NCBI GenBank assembly: GCA_012523135.1
Contig: JAAYJD010000106.1
Location: 6,328-70,327 of the forward strand
Source: Clostridiaceae bacterium
Lineage (GTDB): Bacteria; Bacillota; Clostridia; Saccharofermentanales; UBA5734
Length of the DNA: 64,000 nt
Direction: 5' to 3'
The position numbers and the translations under genes were made by a program. The first letter of the stretch is position 1. Each line of letters opens with the position of its first letter. Below are positions 48,518 through 55,943 of the stretch, in pieces. Below the pieces are notes generated by a model. It worked only from the letters and a program-made list of their open reading frames with translations. It was not told where the DNA came from and ran no database searches.

Positions 48518-49255
48518 ATGAACATACGTGTATTTGACAACGAAGCGCAGGCCGGACAGGCCGCTGCGCTGGTGATCGCTGCCCAAATCGTCAAGAAACC
48601 GGATTCGGTCATCGGTCTGGCCACCGGCGGCACGCCGGTGCTGACCTACCAGGATCTTGCCAGGCTGACCAAATCAGGCATCCTGGACTGGGACCGCGTG
48701 ACCACCTTCAACTTAGATGAGTATCTGGGCCTTGCCGGGGACCATGAGCAGAGCTTTCGCGCCTTCATGGTGAAAAACCTGTTCAGCAAAGTCAACATCA
48801 AGCCGGATGCGATCCATATTCCCGATGGCCTGGCCAAGGATCCGGAGGCTGAGAGCCTGGCCTATGAACGGTCGATCAATACCCGCGGCGGCATCGATCT
48901 GCAGCTGCTGGGGCTGGGACGCACCGGCCACATCGGCTTCAACGAGCCGGACAGCCTCTTTTCGACCAGGACCCATGTCGTCGACCTGACTGCGGACACG
49001 ATCAGTGCCAACGCCCGCTTTTTTGCCAACCCGTCGGATGTGCCGCGCCAGGCGATGACGATGGGCATCGGGACGATCATGCAGGCCCGTGAGATCCTCA
49101 TGCTGGTCACCGGCGCCGAAAAGGCCCGGGCCGTACGCGGCATGGTCTGCAACCCGGTCGATCCGCAATGCCCGGGATCGGTGCTGCAGCTGCATGCGAA
49201 CGTAACCGTCTTTCTCGACCGCCCAGCCGCAACGGCGATGTACCACTGCCAGTAA
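48518..49255 (+). CDS. nagB: Glucosamine-6-phosphate deaminase
   Basis: 'GLATGGTPV', 'FNLDEY' and 'LGLGRTGHIGFNEP'. ATG 48518 lies 7 nt after AGGAG; ATG 48512 is too close to the RBS. Confidence 0.9.
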   Translation: MNIRVFDNEAQAGQAAALVIAAQIVKKPDSVIGLATGGTPVLTYQDLARLTKSGILDWDRVTTFNLDEYLGLAGDHEQSFRAFMVKNLFSKVNIKPDAIHIPDGLAKDPEAESLAYERSINTRGGIDLQLLGLGRTGHIGFNEPDSLFSTRTHVVDLTADTISANARFFANPSDVPRQAMTMGIGTIMQAREILMLVTGAEKARAVRGMVCNPVDPQCPGSVLQLHANVTVFLDRPAATAMYHCQ

Positions 49256-49278
49256 ACAAGCGTTGCTTGGTCACAAGC

Positions 49279-49316
49279 AAAAAGCGCTGCCGGGAAACCG
49301 GCAGCGCTTTTTGTTT
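49279..49316. terminator. Bidirectional Rho-independent terminator between nagB and the convergent apgM-like gene
   Basis: AAAAAGCGCTGCCGG-GAAA-CCGGCAGCGCTTTTT, a perfect 15-bp stem followed by GTTT. Confidence 0.85.
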
Positions 49317-49330
49317 GTAGCCGTGATTAT

Positions 49331-50587
49331 TTAATGACGAAACCCCAGGTGGATCAGGCGGGGCAGCAGCTGGTGCCCGGTGTCCAGCAGCAGGCCGGTG
49401 CGCGCGCAGGTCAGTTCGTCATAAGCGGCCGCCGGCAGGCGGTCGCGGCCGTCGCTGCTGTAAACGGCAAACGGAACCGGATCCGCCGTGTGGGTGCGCA
49501 GACTGAGCGGGGTCGGGTGATCGGGCAGAACAACCAGGCGGTACGGTTCGCCGGTCGCCTGCCGCTGTGCTTCCAGGTAAGCCCAGACCGGACCGATCAC
49601 TTGTTCGTCGATCAGCTCGATCGCGCGGACCTTGTTGTCGATTTCGGCCCGGTGGCCGCATTCGTCAGGCGCCTCGACATGCAGGTAGACATAGTCCTGG
49701 CCGCGGGCCAGTTCCTGGATGGCCGCCTGGGCTTTGCCGGCGAAGTTCGTGTGGATGTTGCCGGTGGCACCGGGCACTTCGACGACGTCGAGGCCGGCGC
49801 AGATGCCCAGGCCCCGGACCAGATCGACCGCCGAGATCACGGAGCCGCGCAGCAGGTGCTGGCGGGCCAGGTCGGGCAGGTTTGGCCTGGTTCCCTGGCC
49901 CCACAGCCAGATGGCGTTGGCCGGACGCAGGCGGCGCTGCTGCCGGGCCCGGTTGACCGGGTGCGCGGGCAGAAAGCCGGCCGACCGGAGCATCATGGAC
50001 CGGAGCGGTTCCGAACCGGGACCGGCGGGGAGGTAGGGACCGACGATCCGCGTCAGGATGTCGTGCGGCGGGGTCAGGGCCATGGCTTGTTCGCCTTTTT
50101 TCCAGACCAGGCAATGGCGGTAGCTCTTGCCCGGGTAATAACGCATCGTGTCATCGGCAAAAGCCGCATTGAGCTGTTCGATCAGGCGGGCGGCTTCGTC
50201 ACTGCCGATCTCATCGGCCGAGTAATCCAGCATGGTGCGGGCCGAGAAGCGCGCCAGCATGTCGCCGGCAGGCGGCTCGTCGGACAAGGTGACCAGGTTG
50301 CAGCGGAAAACGACGTCGTCCGGCGCCATCTCGACCGCCATGCTGATCGCCTCGAGCGGCGACCGGCCGGTGTAGTAGCGGCGCGGGTCGTAGCCCATGA
50401 CCGCCATGTTGGCCGTATCGCTGCCCGGAGTCATGCCGTCGGGCACCGTCTTGATCATGCCGGCCAGCCCTTCGGCCGCCATGCGGTCCATGTGGGGCTT
50501 GACGGCGGCCATCAAAGGCGTGCGCTGACCCAGCTGCGGCACGGGCAGATCCGCCATGCCGTCTCCGAGAAAAACAACGTATTTCAT
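49331..50587 (-). CDS. apgM: Cofactor-independent phosphoglycerate mutase family protein (archaeal ApgM type; relatives include alternative homoserine kinases)
   Basis: 'MKYVVFLGDGMADLP', 'GSDTANMAVMGYDP' and 'HVEAPDECGH' metal-site motifs. Confidence 0.75.
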   Translation of the reverse strand: MKYVVFLGDGMADLPVPQLGQRTPLMAAVKPHMDRMAAEGLAGMIKTVPDGMTPGSDTANMAVMGYDPRRYYTGRSPLEAISMAVEMAPDDVVFRCNLVTLSDEPPAGDMLARFSARTMLDYSADEIGSDEAARLIEQLNAAFADDTMRYYPGKSYRHCLVWKKGEQAMALTPPHDILTRIVGPYLPAGPGSEPLRSMMLRSAGFLPAHPVNRARQQRRLRPANAIWLWGQGTRPNLPDLARQHLLRGSVISAVDLVRGLGICAGLDVVEVPGATGNIHTNFAGKAQAAIQELARGQDYVYLHVEAPDECGHRAEIDNKVRAIELIDEQVIGPVWAYLEAQRQATGEPYRLVVLPDHPTPLSLRTHTADPVPFAVYSSDGRDRLPAAAYDELTCARTGLLLDTGHQLLPRLIHLGFRH

Positions 50588-50594
50588 CGGGCGT

Positions 50595-51818
50595 TTACTT
50601 GAGCAGCATCAGGAGAATGCCGGCTGCCACGGCCGACCCGATGACACCGGCCACATTCGGTCCCATGGCGTGCATCAGGAGGAAGTTGGCCGGGTTTTCC
50701 TGCTGGCCAAGCTTCTGCGAGACCCGGGCGGCCATCGGCACGGCGGACACGCCGGCCGAACCGATCAGGGGGTTGACCTTGCCTTTGGTCAGGACATACA
50801 TCAGCTTGCCGATCAGGACGCCGCCGGCCGTGCCGAAGGCAAAGGCGGTGACACCCAAGGCCATGATCAGAAGCGTGCTGGTGCTGAGGAAATACTCGGC
50901 GGTCGCGGTGGCGCCGACGGTGATGCCAAGGAAAATGGTCACGATGTTCATCAGTTCGTTGGCGGCGGTCTTGACCAGACGCTCGGCGACGCCGCTTTCC
51001 TTGAGCAGGTTGCCCAGCATCAGCATACCGACCAGGGTCAGGGCATCCGGGATGATCAGGGCAACCAGCAACGTGACGGCGATCGGGAAGATGATCTTCT
51101 CGGTGCGGGAAACCGGGCGCAGCTGGGCCATGACGGTCTGGCGTTCGCGGCGTGTCGTCAAAAGGCGCATGATCGGCGGCTGGATAACCGGGACCAGGGC
51201 CATGTAGGAGTAGGCCGCAACGGCGATGGCACCGAGCAGCTCAGGGGCCAGCGACTTGGCGACGAAGATCGCGGTCGGGCCGTCGGCGCCGCCGATGATG
51301 CCGATGGCGCCGGCCTGGGCCGGTGTAAAGCCGAGGAACAGGGCCAGGAAGAAAGCCAGGAAAATGCCCAGCTGGGCGGCTGCGCCCAGCAGCAAAGACT
51401 TGGGGTTGGCGATCAGGGGCCCGAAATCGGTCATCGCGCCGATGCCGAGAAAAATCAGGGGCGGGTAGATGCCGAGCTTGATGCCCAGGTAGAGGTAGTC
51501 AAGCAGTCCGCCGTGGGAAAAAACCTCGTTGATCGCGAACAGGGTGCCTTTCTCGTAACCGAGCGTGGCGATGTAGTCCGGATCAAAAAATTCCATGTGG
51601 AAAATGCCGCCCATCGGCAGGTTGGACAGCATCATGCCAAACGCGATCGGGAGCAGCAGCAGCGGCTCGAACTTTTTCACGATCGCCAGGTAGAGCAGGA
51701 CCAGGGAGATCAAGATCATGCCTAGGCTGTCCAGGGCCATGTTGGCAAAACCGGAGTTGCGCCACAAGCTGGCGATGGTTTCGCCGAAAGCGTTGATAAT
51801 CGTCAATAATGTTTCCAA
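50595..51818 (-). CDS. oadB: Na+-translocating decarboxylase beta subunit (OadB/GcdB/MmdB family)
   Basis: 'AIVKKFEPLLLLPIAFGMMLSNLP' and many TM helices. The TTG start at 51818 (complement) is preceded by GGAGGGA and gives 'METLLTIINAFGE', resembling known OadB N-termini. Track start 51908 overlaps oadG. Confidence 0.85.
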   Translation of the reverse strand: METLLTIINAFGETIASLWRNSGFANMALDSLGMILISLVLLYLAIVKKFEPLLLLPIAFGMMLSNLPMGGIFHMEFFDPDYIATLGYEKGTLFAINEVFSHGGLLDYLYLGIKLGIYPPLIFLGIGAMTDFGPLIANPKSLLLGAAAQLGIFLAFFLALFLGFTPAQAGAIGIIGGADGPTAIFVAKSLAPELLGAIAVAAYSYMALVPVIQPPIMRLLTTRRERQTVMAQLRPVSRTEKIIFPIAVTLLVALIIPDALTLVGMLMLGNLLKESGVAERLVKTAANELMNIVTIFLGITVGATATAEYFLSTSTLLIMALGVTAFAFGTAGGVLIGKLMYVLTKGKVNPLIGSAGVSAVPMAARVSQKLGQQENPANFLLMHAMGPNVAGVIGSAVAAGILLMLLK

Positions 51819-51834
51819 AAGGTGTCCCTCCGTC

Positions 51835-52209
51835 TCAGACGCGCCTGACGCGGCGGATGATGAAACCGGCGCTTGAATGCGGGGCGGATTCAGCGGTGTA
51901 GGCGGCAATCGCAGCGGCCAGAATGGCGAGCAGGGTCGTTTCCGTTTCAGGCTCCTCGCGTGGGGCGGCTTGAATAGTGGCCGGTTGGGCTGCTGGCGCG
52001 GCAGGTTCGGCGCCGGCCGGTGCCTTGGCTTGTTTCCGGCTGCCGCCGGCCAGTCGGCTGAGCACGCTGACCATGAAGCTGATCAGCACCAGCACCAGGA
52101 AGACGATGCTGACACCGAGCAGGGTCAAGGTGACGCCGATAAAGAATTTTTCGGACACAGTCGAGTAGTTTTCCATCCAGGGCACATTGGCAGCGATCCT
52201 CAAAAACAT
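51835..52209 (-). CDS. oadG: OadG-family small subunit of Na+-translocating decarboxylase
   Basis: Single N-terminal TM ('FFIGVTLTLLGVSIVFLVLVLI') followed by an Ala/Pro-rich tail. ATG 52209 (complement) lies 6 nt after GGAGG. The rest of the 367-aa track ORF has no support. Confidence 0.65.
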   Translation of the reverse strand: MFLRIAANVPWMENYSTVSEKFFIGVTLTLLGVSIVFLVLVLISFMVSVLSRLAGGSRKQAKAPAGAEPAAPAAQPATIQAAPREEPETETTLLAILAAAIAAYTAESAPHSSAGFIIRRVRRV

Positions 52210-52301
52210 AAAAAACCTCCGTTTGCCGTGATCGGGTTTGGCGACAGCCGGCGAAGCCGTCAGGCGGCCGGTTGCCCGCAAAGGCAAAATCGACCTCCTA
52301 T

Positions 52302-52330
52302 AGTTTACCCGATGTCTTGTCTTCGCGCAA
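52302..52330 (-). promoter_or_regulatory. Candidate promoter of the oadG-oadB-apgM operon
   Basis: Minus strand: TTGCGC, 17-bp spacer, TAAACT. Confidence 0.3.
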
Positions 52331-52353
52331 TCGAAATCGGATGAAAAAACGGC

Positions 52354-52382
52354 TTGCAAAATCGGTTTGGCCTTGCTAGAGT
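52354..52382 (+). promoter_or_regulatory. Candidate promoter of the P-loop NTPase gene
   Basis: -35 TTGCAA (52354-52359), 17-bp spacer, TGC+TAGAGT (52377-52382). Lies back-to-back with the minus-strand candidate. Confidence 0.45.
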
Positions 52383-52419
52383 GAACCTGGATGAAAAAAT
52401 CAAAAGACAAAGGAGTGCC

Positions 52420-53145
52420 ATGCACGCTCAAGCCCCGTTTAATCAAGCGTTTGCCCTGGACAGTCTTCGCCGGATCAGCCTCTTTATCGGTGCCTACGGC
52501 AGCGGAAAATCGGAAGTCAGCGTCAATTTCGCCCGCTGGCTGACCGAGACCGGCCATCCGGTCACGCTTTGCGACCTGGACATCATCAACCCCTATTTTC
52601 GTTCGGCTGACGCCCGGCTGGCGGTCGAAACGGCGGGGATCCGGCTGGTCGCGCCGGCGTTTGCCGGCACCAATGTCGACGTGCCGGCTGTGCCGGCCGC
52701 CGTCTACAGCGTTTTCGACGATGCCAGCCGTCACGCGGTCCTGGATGTCGGCGGCGAGGATATGGGCGCGCGCGTCATCGCCAGCCTGAAAGACCGTCTT
52801 GGGCAGGTGAAGCCGGCTCCGGCCGTTTACCTGGTTGTCAACCCCTATCGCCCGTTCAGCAGCTCCAGCCAGCAGATCGTCCAGCTGGCCTCTCTGCTTG
52901 GCGAAGCCGCCGGCCTGGCGCCGACCGGCCTGGTGCACAACGCCAACCTGCTCGAGGCGGGCGATGCCACACTGCTTTCTGAAAGCTGGCCGGTTGTCCG
53001 TGAAGCCGCCCGGCTGCTTGGGATTCCGGTCACCTTTGCTGCGGCCATGGCCGGAGCTGTGCCGCCGGACTGGGGAGGGCGTACGCCTGAAGGCCTGCCT
53101 CTGCTGCGCCTGAGACGCAGCATCCGGTATTTTGAATCCGACTAG
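52420..53145 (+). CDS. Uncharacterised P-loop NTPase (SIMIBI/MinD-ParA-CooC-like appearance)
   Basis: N-terminal Walker A 'GAYGSGKSE', then 'LCDLDIINPY' and 'VLDVGGED' (Walker B-like). ATG 52420 follows AAGGAG. Confidence 0.6.
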   Translation: MHAQAPFNQAFALDSLRRISLFIGAYGSGKSEVSVNFARWLTETGHPVTLCDLDIINPYFRSADARLAVETAGIRLVAPAFAGTNVDVPAVPAAVYSVFDDASRHAVLDVGGEDMGARVIASLKDRLGQVKPAPAVYLVVNPYRPFSSSSQQIVQLASLLGEAAGLAPTGLVHNANLLEAGDATLLSESWPVVREAARLLGIPVTFAAAMAGAVPPDWGGRTPEGLPLLRLRRSIRYFESD

Positions 53146-53159
53146 GCGACCAGGCCTGT

Positions 53160-53188
53160 TTGCCGATACGCCTGTTTTCTCTTATAAT
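53160..53188 (+). promoter_or_regulatory. Candidate promoter of the korDABC-type operon
   Basis: -35 TTGCCG (53160-53165), 17-bp spacer, perfect TATAAT (53183-53188). Confidence 0.5.
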
Positions 53189-53217
53189 AGGTGGAATTCA
53201 TGATCCGGGAGGCATCT

Positions 53218-53439
53218 ATGTCACGAATTGAAATCGATCAGGACCGGTGCAAGGGCTGCGGCCTTTGTGTCCACGTCTGTCCCAGGAAAATCATCGTACT
53301 GCAGCAGGACAAGCTGAACAGCCGCGGTTTTCATCCGGCCGGCGTTGTCGCGATGGAGCGCTGCATCGGCTGCGCGTTCTGCGCGACGATTTGCCCGGAC
53401 AGCTGCATTGAGGTGTGGCGCGAAGGAGGCAAAGCATGA
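53218..53439 (+). CDS. korD: 2-oxoacid:ferredoxin oxidoreductase delta subunit (2x[4Fe-4S] ferredoxin)
   Basis: Two CxxCxxCxxxCP motifs ('CKGCGLCVHVCP' and 'CIGCAFCATICP'). ATG 53218 lies 5 nt after GGGAGG. Confidence 0.8.
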   Translation: MSRIEIDQDRCKGCGLCVHVCPRKIIVLQQDKLNSRGFHPAGVVAMERCIGCAFCATICPDSCIEVWREGGKA

Positions 53440-54500
53440 GCAACCGCGTTTTAATGAAGGGGAATGAAGCGATCGCCGAAGCCGCGATCCGCGCTGGCTG
53501 CCGCCATTATTTCGGCTACCCGATCACGCCGCAGACGGAAATCATGCATTACATGGCCCTGCGCATGCCCGAGGTGGACGGCGTCATGGTTCAGGCCGAA
53601 AGCGAAGTGGCGGCGATCAACATGGTCTACGGGGCCGCTGCGGCCGGCGCCAGGGTGATGACGACCAGCTCGAGTCCGGGCATCAGCCTCAAGCAGGAGG
53701 GCTTTTCCTACATCGCCGGCGCCGAACTGCCGGCCGTCGTCGTCAACATCGTGCGGGCCGGACCCGGCCTGGGCGGTATCCTGCCGGCGCAAGGCGACTA
53801 TTTCCAGGCCACCAAGGGCGGCGGCCACGGCGACTACCGCAACGTCGTGCTGGCACCGGCCAGCGTCCAGGAACTCTACGAGCTGACGGTCGAAGCCTTC
53901 AATATCGCCGACCGGTATCGCGTCCTGACCATGATCCTCGGTGACGGCACGCTGGGCCAGATGATGGAGCCGGTCTTGTTCCGCGACGAGGAACCGGTCG
54001 AGACATGCGAGAAAAGCTGGGCGACCACCGGCACCCGGGGCCGGCGCGAGCACAACACGATCCAGTCGATCTACATCGAGGCCGACGCGCTTGAGCGTCT
54101 CAACAACACGCTGCAGGCCAAGTACCGCCTGATCGCACAACGGGAGGTCCGCGCTGAAACCGTCAACTGCGAAGGCGCCGAAATCATCCTGACCGCTTTC
54201 GGCACCTGCAGCCGCATCTGCAAGAATGTCATCCGCCAGGCGGCTCAAATCGGCATCAAGGTCGGCCTGGTGCGGCCGATCACCCTCTGGCCGTTCCCGG
54301 ACCGCGCCGTCGCGGCTGCGGCCGCCCAGCCCTCCGTCAAGGCTTTGCTGGATATCGAGCTGAACGCCGGGCAGATGGTCGAAGACGTCCGCCTCGCGGT
54401 CAACGGCATCCGGCCGGTGCACTTCTACGGCCGCACCGGCGGCAATCTGCCGACGCAACAAGAGATCCTGGACCAGATCCAGGTTCTGGCAAGGAGCTGA
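53436..54500 (+). CDS. korA: 2-oxoacid:ferredoxin oxidoreductase alpha subunit
   Basis: 'MKGNEAIAEAAIRAGCRHYFGYPITPQTEI'. ATGA overlap with korD. D-A-B-C gene order as in OorDABC/KorDABC 2-oxoglutarate enzymes; substrate not proven. Confidence 0.85.
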   Translation: MSNRVLMKGNEAIAEAAIRAGCRHYFGYPITPQTEIMHYMALRMPEVDGVMVQAESEVAAINMVYGAAAAGARVMTTSSSPGISLKQEGFSYIAGAELPAVVVNIVRAGPGLGGILPAQGDYFQATKGGGHGDYRNVVLAPASVQELYELTVEAFNIADRYRVLTMILGDGTLGQMMEPVLFRDEEPVETCEKSWATTGTRGRREHNTIQSIYIEADALERLNNTLQAKYRLIAQREVRAETVNCEGAEIILTAFGTCSRICKNVIRQAAQIGIKVGLVRPITLWPFPDRAVAAAAAQPSVKALLDIELNAGQMVEDVRLAVNGIRPVHFYGRTGGNLPTQQEILDQIQVLARS

Positions 54501-54504
54501 TGGT

Positions 54505-55260
54505 ATGGAAGAGAAGGTTTTTTCCAGGACGCGGGGCCTGACCGGCAAACCGTTTCACTACTGCCCGGGCTGCACGCACGGGATCATCCATCGCCTGATC
54601 GCCGAAACGCTCAGCGAGCTGGATATCCTGGACACCGCGATCGGGGTGTCGCCGGTCGGCTGCACCTACAACAACTACGAGTATTTCGCCTGCGACATGA
54701 TCCAGGCCGCCCATGGCCGCGCACCGGCGGTGGCCACCGGCGTCAAGCGCGTTCTTCCCGGCAGCATGGTCTTTACCTACCAAGGCGACGGTGACCTGGC
54801 CGCCATCGGGACCGCCGAGATTGTCCACGCCGCTGCCAGGGGTGAAAAGATCTGCACATTCTTTGTCAACAACGCCGTCTATGGGATGACCTCAGGCCAG
54901 ATGGCTCCGACCACCCTGCTTGGCCAAAAAACGACGACCTCGCCGTTCGGCCGTTCAGCCGCCGTCCAGGGTTATCCGATCAACGTCAGCGAAATGCTGG
55001 CTACCCTGCAAGGTGCCGTCTTTATCGAACGCGTCGCCGTCAATTCCGTTCGCAACATCAACCGCGCCAAGCAGGCGATCCGCAAGGCCTTCAAGGTCCA
55101 GCAGGCCGGACTGGGTTTTGCCATGGTGGAGATTTTATCGACCTGCCCGACCAACTGGGGCAAAGACCCGGTGTCGGCATTGAAGTGGGTCGACGAGGCC
55201 ATGATCAGGCAATATCCGCTGGGTGTGTTCCGCGGTCAGGAAATCGAGGTGGGCGACTGA
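54505..55260 (+). CDS. korB: 2-oxoacid:ferredoxin oxidoreductase beta subunit (TPP-binding)
   Basis: 'YCPGCTHGI' and the TPP motif 'GDGDLAAIG'. RBS AAGGAG. Confidence 0.85.
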   Translation: MEEKVFSRTRGLTGKPFHYCPGCTHGIIHRLIAETLSELDILDTAIGVSPVGCTYNNYEYFACDMIQAAHGRAPAVATGVKRVLPGSMVFTYQGDGDLAAIGTAEIVHAAARGEKICTFFVNNAVYGMTSGQMAPTTLLGQKTTTSPFGRSAAVQGYPINVSEMLATLQGAVFIERVAVNSVRNINRAKQAIRKAFKVQQAGLGFAMVEILSTCPTNWGKDPVSALKWVDEAMIRQYPLGVFRGQEIEVGD

Positions 55261-55799
55261 TGGAGTTTTCGATTCTGCTGGCCGGCTTTGGCGGTCAGGG
55301 CGTCTTGTCTGCAGGCAAATTCATCGCGACAGCAGCTTTGCTGGAAGGCAAGGAGGTATCCTGGCTGCCGTCCTACGGGCCTGAGATGCGCGGCGGCACG
55401 GCCAATTGCAGTGTGATCGTCTCGGACAACCCGATCGGGTCGCCGATCCTGAACGCCGCCGATGTCCTGATTGCCCTGAACGGGCCCTCACTGGACAAGT
55501 TCACCCGCCTGGTCAAGCCCGGCGGCCTCATCCTGGCGGACAGTTCGCTGGTTCACGCCGTGCCGGCTCGCCAGGATATCCGCTTTATTCCGGTTCCGGC
55601 GTCGTCCATGGCGTCCGAGGCGGGCAACATGACGTTTGCGGCCGTCATCCTGCTGGGATGCCTGGCCGCCGCGACCGAATGCTTTGGCCGCGACTCGTTT
55701 GAAAAGGCCCTGTACGACGCGCTGCCGGCCCGGCATCACCATCTGATTCCGAAAGAAATGGCCATTTTCGACCAGGGAGCCACTTTTGCCGCCCCCTGA
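55260..55799 (+). CDS. korC: 2-oxoacid:ferredoxin oxidoreductase gamma subunit
   Basis: 'LLAGFGGQGVLSAGK' and 'SYGPEMRGGTANC'. ATG overlaps the korB stop (TGATG). Confidence 0.85.
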   Translation: MEFSILLAGFGGQGVLSAGKFIATAALLEGKEVSWLPSYGPEMRGGTANCSVIVSDNPIGSPILNAADVLIALNGPSLDKFTRLVKPGGLILADSSLVHAVPARQDIRFIPVPASSMASEAGNMTFAAVILLGCLAAATECFGRDSFEKALYDALPARHHHLIPKEMAIFDQGATFAAP

Positions 55800-55831
55800 C
55801 AGATCGCAATCCACGTTTGATTTCACGCCAG

Positions 55832-55853
55832 GAGCCGGTTCAACCGGCTCTTT
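55832..55853 (+). terminator. Candidate terminator after korC
   Basis: GAGCCGG-TTCAA-CCGGCTC followed by TTT; the U-tract is short. Confidence 0.45.
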
Positions 55854-55879
55854 GGCTATGTTTGAGCGCCAGAATACGG

Positions 55880-55885
55880 TATAAT
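55880..55885 (+). promoter_or_regulatory. Perfect TATAAT -10 candidate upstream of glgB
   Basis: TATAAT sits 58 bp upstream of the glgB ATG. No convincing -35. Confidence 0.3.
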
Positions 55886-55943
55886 GAAGTTAAACAAGGC
55901 ACAGACACCATGAAAATGGGTCTGTCGGATTGGGGCACAGCGG

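Noticed and set aside
51835-52938. 367-aa minus-strand ORF that would make oadG a large protein spanning the divergent intergenic region and part of the P-loop NTPase gene.
   Set aside because: Only the last 124 codons have an RBS-preceded ATG (52209), a TM helix and an OadG-like tail. The upstream part runs through promoter-like DNA and antisense to a better-supported + strand gene.
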